From NCBI GenBank assembly GCA_946402315.1, contig CAMIWC010000002.1, positions 36,432-100,431 on the forward strand: a DNA stretch of 64,000 nucleotides. The letters run 5' to 3'. The notes under the pieces were generated by a model. The model saw only the letters and a program-made list of their open reading frames with translations, was not told the DNA's origin and ran no database searches. The stretch's first letter is position 1. Every line of letters starts with the position of its first letter. The stretch is from an uncultured Clostridium sp. (lineage in GTDB: Bacteria > Bacillota_I > Bacilli_A > RF39 > UBA660). Made by a program: the position numbers and the translations under genes. Below, piece by piece: positions 56,663 to 64,000 of this stretch.

Positions 56663-58402
56663 ATGAATAATGATATTGTTAATGAAATAAGACAAAAAGT
56701 AGATATTGTTGACATCGTATCTGAATATATTCCTCTTGTCCAAAAAGGAAAAAACTTCTTTGGAGTTTGTCCTTTTCATGATGATACAAATCCATCTATG
56801 AGTGTAAGTCGTGAAAAACAAATATATAGATGTTTCTCTTGTGGAGCAAGTGGTAACGTTTATAATTTCTTAATGGACTATAATCATATAGATTTTAAAG
56901 AAGCATTACGAATATTAGGAGAAAAAACTGGTGTTGATGTAGGTGGAATTAAAGTAGAAAAGACACCTAATAAATATGATAGACTTTATGAAATATATGA
57001 AATCGCTAATAAGTATTATCAAAATAATATTAATACTAAAGCTGGAACTAAAGCTAAAAAGTATTTAGAAACTCGTAAAATAGATGAAGAATTAATCAAA
57101 GAATTTGGAATAGGTTTATCACTTGATAGTATGGATTCTTTAACTATGATTCTTACTAATAAGAATTATAATTTAAAAGAATTAGATGCAATTGGACTGG
57201 TTTCAAATAATCATGATTATTTTATAAATAGAATTACTTTTCCATTATATGATCCTAGTGGTAATGTAGTAGGATTTAGTGCTAGAATTTATGATGGTTC
57301 TAATCAAAATAAATATTTAAATACTAAAGAAACAATTATTTTTAAAAAAGGAAGTTGTTTATATAATTATCACATTGCTAGAGATTATGCCCGTAAAGAA
57401 AAATTCCTTCTAATAGTCGAAGGATTTATGGATGCAATAAGATTATCTAGTATTGGATATAAAAATGTAGTTGCTTTAATGGGAACTGCATTAACTGATG
57501 AACAAATTAGTTTAATAAAAAAATTATCTAATAATATTTATTTATGTTTAGATGGAGATAATCCAGGAAGAAATGCTGCTTTATCTAATGGAGAACTTTT
57601 AACTAAAGCTGGACTTAATGTTAAAGTAATTACACTTCCTAATGAAGATGGTGAACATGATCCAGATGAATATATTATTAAATATGGAAAAGATAGATTT
57701 GTTGGAATTTTAGAATCAGCATTAAACTACAGTGATTATAAGATAAATTCACTTAAAAATGGAGTTAATTTTAATAGTGATGTTGAATTATCTAATTATA
57801 TTAATTCTGTTATTGCTGAAGCTAGTAAGATAGATGATGAAATAAGAAGAGAAATAATCCTTAAAAAACTTGCAAATGAGGTAAATATAGGTTATAATAC
57901 ACTGGAAAAACGTTTGAGTGAGTACTTAGAATTTAAGAAGGTAACTAGTCAAAAAACAGTTCAAAAAAATGAAGTTGTACCTAAACCAAAACTTACTAAA
58001 TATGATGTTGCAGCATATAATTTAATATATGCTATGGTAAACAATAGTGATGTTATTAAGTTGTTTGAAGAGAAAAAAGTACAATTAATGACTAAAGAAC
58101 TAAGAAGTTTAGCTAGTGAAATATGTTATTACTATAAAAAATATGGTAATATCAATATGGCAGATTTTTATACTTACTTAAATGACAAAGAGGAGTTACT
58201 TACAATCTTTAATCATATTACTAATATGAATCTAGAAGATAATATTAGTATTCAAGCTATTAATGATTATATTAGGGTAATAGAAGAATATAGAGTGAGG
58301 CAAGAGATAAAACGCCTAAATGAGCTGATTAAGCAAGAGATAGACCCAATAGAAAAATCTAAAATAGCTGAGAAGATTAGATTGCTTAGAATTGGGGATT
58401 GA
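56663..58402 (+). CDS. dnaG: DNA primase
   Basis: CPFHDD...CFSC zinc finger, [28 protein letters not shown]. Confidence 0.96.
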   Translation: MNNDIVNEIRQKVDIVDIVSEYIPLVQKGKNFFGVCPFHDDTNPSMSVSREKQIYRCFSCGASGNVYNFLMDYNHIDFKEALRILGEKTGVDVGGIKVEKTPNKYDRLYEIYEIANKYYQNNINTKAGTKAKKYLETRKIDEELIKEFGIGLSLDSMDSLTMILTNKNYNLKELDAIGLVSNNHDYFINRITFPLYDPSGNVVGFSARIYDGSNQNKYLNTKETIIFKKGSCLYNYHIARDYARKEKFLLIVEGFMDAIRLSSIGYKNVVALMGTALTDEQISLIKKLSNNIYLCLDGDNPGRNAALSNGELLTKAGLNVKVITLPNEDGEHDPDEYIIKYGKDRFVGILESALNYSDYKINSLKNGVNFNSDVELSNYINSVIAEASKIDDEIRREIILKKLANEVNIGYNTLEKRLSEYLEFKKVTSQKTVQKNEVVPKPKLTKYDVAAYNLIYAMVNNSDVIKLFEEKKVQLMTKELRSLASEICYYYKKYGNINMADFYTYLNDKEELLTIFNHITNMNLEDNISIQAINDYIRVIEEYRVRQEIKRLNELIKQEIDPIEKSKIAEKIRLLRIGD

Positions 58403-59496
58403 AAACAATGGTAGAAGAAATAAAAACTATTGAAGCAAGAAAAGAAGCCTTACTTAAAAAAGGTAAAGAAAATGGTTATATAACATATGAAGAGTTAGCA
58501 CTAGAACTTAAAGGATTAGATGTAGATAGTGATACTCTAGATGATTTATATAATGCTCTTGTTGATAATAATATCGAAGTAATTTCTGAAACTGCTGATA
58601 ATGATGATACAACTGATGATCCAGAGGATTTAGTAGTTGAAGACCTAACAATGTCTAAAGACATTAAAATTAACGATCCTGTTAGAATGTATTTAAAGGA
58701 AATAGGTCGCATAAACCTTCTTACAACAGATGAAGAGTTTGAATATGCAAAACTTGCTGTTGAAGGAGATGAAAATGCTAAAAAGATTTTAGCAGAATCT
58801 AACTTACGTTTAGTAGTAAGTATTGCTAAACGTTATGTAGGGCGTGGAATGTTATTCTTAGATTTAATCCAAGAAGGAAACATTGGTCTTATGAAAGCCG
58901 TAGATAAATTTGATCCTACAAAAGGATATAAATTTAGTACATATGCCACATGGTGGATTAGACAAGCTATTACTCGTGCAATTGCTGACCAAGCAAGAAC
59001 AATTCGTGTACCAGTACATATGGTAGAAACAATTAATAAACTTGCTCGTGTTCAAAGACAATTAACACAAGAATTAAATAGAGAACCAACAGAAGAAGAA
59101 TTAGCTAAGAAGTTAGGTATTACTGTTGATAAGGTTCGTGAAGTATATAAAATAAGTCAAGATCCAGTATCTCTTGATACTCCAATTGGTGAAGAAGATG
59201 ATTCCCACTTAGGAGATTTTATTAAAGATGAAAGAACTATGTCACCTGAAGAATATGCAACTGTTGAAATGTTAAAAGAAGAACTAGCTAGTGTATTATC
59301 AACACTAACTGATCGTGAAGAAAAAGTACTTCGTTTAAGATTTGGACTTGATGATGGACAATGTCGTACACTTGAAGAGGTTGGACAAATATTTGGTGTA
59401 ACACGTGAACGTATTCGTCAAATAGAAGCTAAAGCTTTAAGAAAATTAAGACATCCATCTCGTTCTAAAAAACTAAAGGATTTCTTAATCGATTAA
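58399..59496 (+). CDS. sigA: Primary RNA polymerase sigma factor
   Basis: [66 protein letters not shown]; start TTG at 58399 or ATG at 58408. Confidence 0.97.
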   Translation: MKTMVEEIKTIEARKEALLKKGKENGYITYEELALELKGLDVDSDTLDDLYNALVDNNIEVISETADNDDTTDDPEDLVVEDLTMSKDIKINDPVRMYLKEIGRINLLTTDEEFEYAKLAVEGDENAKKILAESNLRLVVSIAKRYVGRGMLFLDLIQEGNIGLMKAVDKFDPTKGYKFSTYATWWIRQAITRAIADQARTIRVPVHMVETINKLARVQRQLTQELNREPTEEELAKKLGITVDKVREVYKISQDPVSLDTPIGEEDDSHLGDFIKDERTMSPEEYATVEMLKEELASVLSTLTDREEKVLRLRFGLDDGQCRTLEEVGQIFGVTRERIRQIEAKALRKLRHPSRSKKLKDFLID

Positions 59497-60155
59497 TGAA
59501 AATAAGTAAAAGATTAAAAGAAATTGCATCCTTAGTAGATGATAATACTAGCATAATAGATATCGGTTGCGATCATGCACTTCTCGATATCTTTTTAGTT
59601 CTAAATAAAGAATTAAAAAAAGTAGTCGCATCTGATAATAAAAAAGAACCTTTAAATAGTGCACTAGCTAATATTAAAAAATATCATTTAGAAGATAGAA
59701 TAGAACTATCTTTAAGTGATGGCCTTACTAACATTAGTAGTGATATAGATACTGTTATTATTTCTGGTATGGGTGGAGAATTAATAAAAGAAATACTTGA
59801 TCCAAAATATTTGAAAAATGTAAATACCTTAATTCTTTCTCCACAAAGTGATATTTACGAAGTAAGAGTTTATCTTAATGAGATTGGATATAAGTTTGTA
59901 GATGAAAGAATAATCCTTGATCAAGGTAAATATTATATAATTATGAAACTTATAAAAAAACAAGAAACACTTAATTATGAACAACTTAAATATGGACCAA
60001 TACTTTTAAAAAATAAAAATGAAATTTTCTTTGAATATTATAATAATGCTTTAAAAGAAAAAATAAATATTCTTGATAAAGTACCAGAAAAGATAAAAGA
60101 AGAATTAAATGAAGAAATAGATGAATTAAATGAACTATTGGATAACTTTACATAG
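59496..60155 (+). CDS. trmK: tRNA (adenine-22-N1)-methyltransferase
   Basis: ISKRL, DIGCDHALL, DGL, ISGMGG; conserved position after sigA. Confidence 0.9.
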   Translation: MKISKRLKEIASLVDDNTSIIDIGCDHALLDIFLVLNKELKKVVASDNKKEPLNSALANIKKYHLEDRIELSLSDGLTNISSDIDTVIISGMGGELIKEILDPKYLKNVNTLILSPQSDIYEVRVYLNEIGYKFVDERIILDQGKYYIIMKLIKKQETLNYEQLKYGPILLKNKNEIFFEYYNNALKEKINILDKVPEKIKEELNEEIDELNELLDNFT

Positions 60156-60168
60156 GTTATCCTTTTTT
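60140..60168 (+). terminator. Terminator after trmK
   Basis: GGATAAC-loop-GTTATCCTTTTTT. Confidence 0.7.
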
Positions 60169-60259
60169 GTGTCTAATTTACATTTTATATTTACAAATAA
60201 ATCATATTATTAAAGTCTCTTTGTTATAATTAAATTAGGAAAATAGGGTTGGTGGTCTT

Positions 60260-61906
60260 ATGAAAAAAATTATAAAGAAAATGAAATCTTTAGGAATAGG
60301 TGGATTTACTCTAATAGAATTATTAGGGGTTTTAGTAATTATGGGAATCTTAATTCTTGTAGTTATGCCTAATATGCATAGATTAATCAATAGAAATAAT
60401 AATAAAGACTATGAAACCTATTTTGACTTAATAGAGTATGGTGCTACTCAATACGCTAATGAAGTAAAGAGTGAATTGGGTTCAACTCGTGATAGTGGAT
60501 GTGCACAAGTATCTTTATCTGAATTAATAGATAAAGAATATGTATCTCAATTTAGTAAAAAAGATATAAGTTGTGTAACAGGTTCACATCAAATTAGAAT
60601 TAGAAATGATTATGGAAAGATTACTGTTAAGTTTTCTTTACAATGTAAAAAAGGATCTGAAGAAGTATTCTTTAAAGGAGAAGATGATGGTGGTACTTGT
60701 TTAGCTTATGAAACTTCAGAAAAACCATCTTTAATTAATAAACTAGAAGAAAGAACTGATAGAACATTGTTTGGTAATTATTACTATATTACAGGTACTA
60801 ATAATTATATTCATTTCTCAGGACAAGATTTTAGAATTATTAGTTATGATAAAGTTTATAATACTATAAGAGCAGTATCTGCTACTCCAGTATCTCCATT
60901 AAGATTTAGTGCAACTAGTTCAACTACATTTGCTAATAGTGACGTTGAATTATGGTTAAATAATGATTATTTAAATACATTACAACCAGACTATAAACAA
61001 TATTTAGTTTCTAATAACTGGAAAGTTAGTTCTACAACAACTAGAAAAGCTACTATTGGATTATTATCTAGAGAAGATATTAGTCATATCAATTCTGCTA
61101 ATGTAGTTCTAACTTGGTTAGTAGATAATGGTACAGCTAGTCAAGCATACATTGCTGGTAGTAGTGGAACATATAGTTTAAATAATTCAAATATGTTCTA
61201 TGAAGTTCAACCAGTAATAACATTTAGTGCAGATGTTTTATACTATGGAGGAAACGGTTCTCAATCAAATCCATATAGAGTTTCTTCTGATACTTATGGA
61301 GAAGAAAATCAATACTTAAACGAAAGATATGCTGGAGAATATGTAAAAATTAATAATAAAAAATATAAAATGATAAAAGTAGGATCATATGGTACAAAAA
61401 TCATGTATGCTGATGGTGGAGGAATAGGTAGTAGACCATTTGCTGTTGAAGAAGGAGAAGGAGCGTTAAGTTACATGTTTGATGCTAGTACATTAGGAAT
61501 TTATTTAAATAATGACTGGTTTAATAACTTAGGTACTGATAAGGCTTATTTAACAGATGGAGATTTCTGTATGGAAACAATTAATGGTACTACTACTAAT
61601 AGATTAAGATCAGATTGTACTGATACTTCAACTATTAAATCTTTAAAAGTAGGTCTTCCTAAACTAGGAGAACCACATATTTTTGTAGGTACAACTCCTT
61701 TCTATTGGACTCTTAATCCAAATTCTATTCCAGAAGGAGAAGATACATATACTAATGCCACAATGAATTTGATAAGTGGTGGAGGATCAGCTGGAGCTGG
61801 AAACATAAAGAATGAATATGGAGTATATCCTGTATTATATATTAAACCAGAAGCTCAAATAGCTAGTGGTAAAGGTACATTTAGTAATCCATATACACTA
61901 AAGTAG
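60260..61906 (+). CDS. Type IV prepilin-like protein with two tandem DUF6273-like domains
   Basis: G|FTLIELLGVLVIMGILILVVMP; duplicated YI.F...RII/WLNNDY/IGL/V.PV/G.GS.SNPY motif set. Confidence 0.8.
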   Translation: MKKIIKKMKSLGIGGFTLIELLGVLVIMGILILVVMPNMHRLINRNNNKDYETYFDLIEYGATQYANEVKSELGSTRDSGCAQVSLSELIDKEYVSQFSKKDISCVTGSHQIRIRNDYGKITVKFSLQCKKGSEEVFFKGEDDGGTCLAYETSEKPSLINKLEERTDRTLFGNYYYITGTNNYIHFSGQDFRIISYDKVYNTIRAVSATPVSPLRFSATSSTTFANSDVELWLNNDYLNTLQPDYKQYLVSNNWKVSSTTTRKATIGLLSREDISHINSANVVLTWLVDNGTASQAYIAGSSGTYSLNNSNMFYEVQPVITFSADVLYYGGNGSQSNPYRVSSDTYGEENQYLNERYAGEYVKINNKKYKMIKVGSYGTKIMYADGGGIGSRPFAVEEGEGALSYMFDASTLGIYLNNDWFNNLGTDKAYLTDGDFCMETINGTTTNRLRSDCTDTSTIKSLKVGLPKLGEPHIFVGTTPFYWTLNPNSIPEGEDTYTNATMNLISGGGSAGAGNIKNEYGVYPVLYIKPEAQIASGKGTFSNPYTLK

Positions 61907-61909
61907 AAC

Positions 61910-61938
61910 TTTACAAATTATAAAAAATAATCTATAAT
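61910..61938 (+). promoter_or_regulatory. Sigma-A promoter of the T-box leader
   Basis: TTTACA-17 bp-TATAAT. Confidence 0.65.
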
Positions 61939-61947
61939 TTGATGCAT

Positions 61948-62159
61948 AGGCAATGAAGTTGAGGAGTAATACATAATAGTTTAGAGAGAGTTAGTGTTTG
62001 GTGAAAACTAATAATTAGATTGTATGAAGGTAGCAACTGAGCTAAATTATTGAATTAAGTAGATAATTTCGTTATACGCGTTAAGTATTTGAGATAGATA
62101 AATTCTATGAATTAAGGTGGTACCGCGATATATTCGTCCTTATAGGTACTGCCTTTTTT
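61948..62159 (+). ncRNA. T-box riboswitch leader, probable Val (GUA) specifier
   Basis: Stem I with AGTA/GAA loop-E, AGAGA and GGTGAAA motifs; specifier loop GAAG-GTA-G (GTA at 62030-62032); T-box AAGGTGGTACCGCG at 62114-62127; antiterminator closed by CGTCCTT; T-run at 62154-62159. Confidence 0.9.
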
Positions 62160-62171
62160 AATGGAGGATTT

Positions 62172-62915
62172 ATGATAGATATAAAAAGAATAAAAAAAGA
62201 GTTTACTAACTACATTAAAAGATATGATATGTCTATTAGAAATATTAAACTAAAGTATGAACATTCTTTTGAAGTAGTTAAAATCATGGATAAGATAGTA
62301 AGGTCAATGGGTTTAACTGAAGAAGATAAGAATCTTGCTATTACAATTGCATATTTACATGATATAGGTAGATTTGAACAATTAATTAAAATAGGTACTT
62401 TTAATGATATTGAATATGATCATGGTGAAAATGGCGTCGATCTTTTATTTAAAAGAGGTGCTATAAAAGAATTTAGTATTCCTGAAGAATACTACAGAAT
62501 TATAGAAGTAGCTATAAGAAATCACAATAAATTGAAGATTGAAGATGGTTTAAGCGATAAAGAATTGTTCTATGCTAAATTAATTAGAGATGCAGATAAA
62601 ATTGATATTTATCGAGTGAAACGTATGTATAGAACTTGTGAATTCTTAGAAATGCCAAATCAAGTTAATATTGATGATTTTTATAAACATCAATCAATTA
62701 AGAAAATAAATAGAACAAGTACAAGTGATGATGTAGTTTGTGTATTAGCATTTGTCTATGATCTTAACTTTAAAGAAAGTGTAATAACTTTAAAAGAAAT
62801 GAAATATCTTGATAAATATCTTGATGTTATAAAAGTAGATAATTCTTTATTAGATACTTTTAATAAAATGATAAAAGAAATAAATAAATATATGGAGGAA
62901 TATGATGAAAAATAG
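62172..62915 (+). CDS. HD-domain phosphohydrolase
   Basis: KYEHS, LHDIGRFEQ, DHG, NHN, IRDADKIDI. Confidence 0.85.
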   Translation: MIDIKRIKKEFTNYIKRYDMSIRNIKLKYEHSFEVVKIMDKIVRSMGLTEEDKNLAITIAYLHDIGRFEQLIKIGTFNDIEYDHGENGVDLLFKRGAIKEFSIPEEYYRIIEVAIRNHNKLKIEDGLSDKELFYAKLIRDADKIDIYRVKRMYRTCEFLEMPNQVNIDDFYKHQSIKKINRTSTSDDVVCVLAFVYDLNFKESVITLKEMKYLDKYLDVIKVDNSLLDTFNKMIKEINKYMEEYDEK

Positions 62916-64000
62916 AAATAATATAATAGTAATAATTTTAATAATATTAATAATTGGATGTACTACTGGAGGAGTTATATTACTTAATAAAAAAGAAAAT
63001 AAGGAGCCTAATACTCCAGTTGAACCAACACCAGCACCACAACCAAAACCAAAAGAACCAGCTGATATAGAAGTTAATTTAAATAATGAATTTAATTTAG
63101 ATATGATTAAACTAGTTAATAGTTATGAAAGAGATAATTATTTAATTAGTACTTATTCTATGGAAATAGCACTAAATATGTTAAAAGAAGGAGCAGCTGG
63201 AGAAACATATAATCAAATTAATAAAGTAGTACCAGATAGAGATATAACTACTTTTGATGTTAAAAATAGAATATCTGTTGCTAATGCTATATTCGTAAAG
63301 AATTCTGAAAAGAAAAATATTAGTACAAATTATATTGATAAATTAAAAATATCTTATAATGCTGATGTTGTTTATGATGATTTTAATACACCAGATAAAA
63401 TTAATAATTGGGTTAATGATAAGACTTATAAAATGATACCTAAAATATTAAATGATATACCTAAAGATTTCGTATTAGGACTAGCTAATGCAGTAGCAAT
63501 CGATGTTGAATGGAAATACCGATTTGAGTGTAATAATACAACAGGAGAAGATTTTACTAATAAAGATAGTGTTAAAAAAGTAGAAATGATGCATCGTACT
63601 TTTGATTTTGGAGCAGACTATATTAAGAATGATTCTGAAATAGGAATCGTATTACCATATAATGCTTATGCAGATCCTAAAGGAGATGATACTGCTATTC
63701 AACTAGAATATATCGCTATTATGCCTACTGAAAAAGATATTAGAAACTATATAAATGATTTAACTCCTGCAAAATTAAATAGTATTATCAACAATACTAA
63801 GAGTATATCTGATAATCAAGAAGTAAGATTATCATTACCTAGATTTGAATATGATTATAATGACGAGAGTTTTGCTGATGATTTAAAAACATTAGGTATT
63901 ACTGATGTATTTAATAAAGAAAAAGCTGATTTAAGTAAAATGAAAAGTGCAACCAGTGAAGATCAATTATATGTAAGTCAAGCTATACATATGACTCATA
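62902..64000 (+). CDS. Membrane-anchored serpin (serine protease inhibitor); runs off the end of the window and is absent from the ORF track
   Basis: Manual translation: MMKNRNNIIVIILIILIIG (TM), Pro-rich linker, NYLISTYSMEIALNMLKEGAAGETYNQI, ISVANAIF, INNWVNDKT..MIPKIL, LANAVAIDVEW, VEMMH, LSLPRFE, LGITDVF...ADLSKM, LYVSQAIH. Confidence 0.88.
   Translation, partial: MMKNRNNIIVIILIILIIGCTTGGVILLNKKENKEPNTPVEPTPAPQPKPKEPADIEVNLNNEFNLDMIKLVNSYERDNYLISTYSMEIALNMLKEGAAGETYNQINKVVPDRDITTFDVKNRISVANAIFVKNSEKKNISTNYIDKLKISYNADVVYDDFNTPDKINNWVNDKTYKMIPKILNDIPKDFVLGLANAVAIDVEWKYRFECNNTTGEDFTNKDSVKKVEMMHRTFDFGADYIKNDSEIGIVLPYNAYADPKGDDTAIQLEYIAIMPTEKDIRNYINDLTPAKLNSIINNTKSISDNQEVRLSLPRFEYDYNDESFADDLKTLGITDVFNKEKADLSKMKSATSEDQLYVSQAIHMTH

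Noticed and set aside
196-59061. Short alternative-frame and antisense ORFs in the track (e.g. 196-402, 752-985, 1809-2156, 19561-19860, 22384-22683, 43275-43601, 55204-55434, 58476-58712)
   Set aside because: They lie within long, motif-supported genes, lack RBS or recognisable motifs, and are expected shadows of biased codon usage
60260-61906. Diversity-generating retroelement target
   Set aside because: No reverse transcriptase and no near-identical template repeat differing at adenines was seen in the window
1-64000. Mycoplasma-type genetic code 4
   Set aside because: Trp is encoded by TGG and TGA terminates genes at expected ends (e.g. mutM, dnaG)

Overview
A very AT-rich chromosomal segment using genetic code 11 (TGG=Trp, TGA used as stop). 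It comes from a Bacillota/Bacilli genome (polC plus dnaE, dnaG-sigA-trmK, polA-mutM, T-box). The streamlined gene order and many membrane-anchored or prepilin-type orphans resemble uncultured reduced Bacilli such as RF39 (inference). Nearly all real genes are on the + strand, in short units bounded by Rho-independent terminators and sigma-A promoters. Housekeeping genes: asnS, tRNA-Cys, a uracil permease, dnaE, tig, PMM/PGM, topA, polA, mutM, truB, polC, dnaG, sigA, trmK. Main points of interest: (1) a type IV secretion-like gene set (PrgI/VirB3-like, split VirB4, SpoIID+GH73 hydrolase, VirD4) at 1-8.5 kb. A second locus between topA and polA encodes a VirB2/pilin-like hairpin fused to a large exported domain and a VirB6-like protein with a coiled-coil stalk. 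No relaxase, integrase or att site is visible, suggesting a domesticated, non-mobile T4SS. (2) A 1877-aa PolC with about six in-frame insertions, including an Ig/cadherin-like beta-sandwich inside the proofreading exonuclease and a winged-helix-like segment in the PHP region. (3) Giant type IV pilin-like adhesins, one with a 438-bp tandem triplication. (4) Two surface protease inhibitors: a thioester-less alpha-2-macroglobulin-like protein and a serpin absent from the ORF track. (5) A Val-type T-box with an atypical terminator in front of an HD-domain gene and the serpin. (6) Candidate secreted effectors. All family assignments are from motif recognition by eye; no database searches were run.
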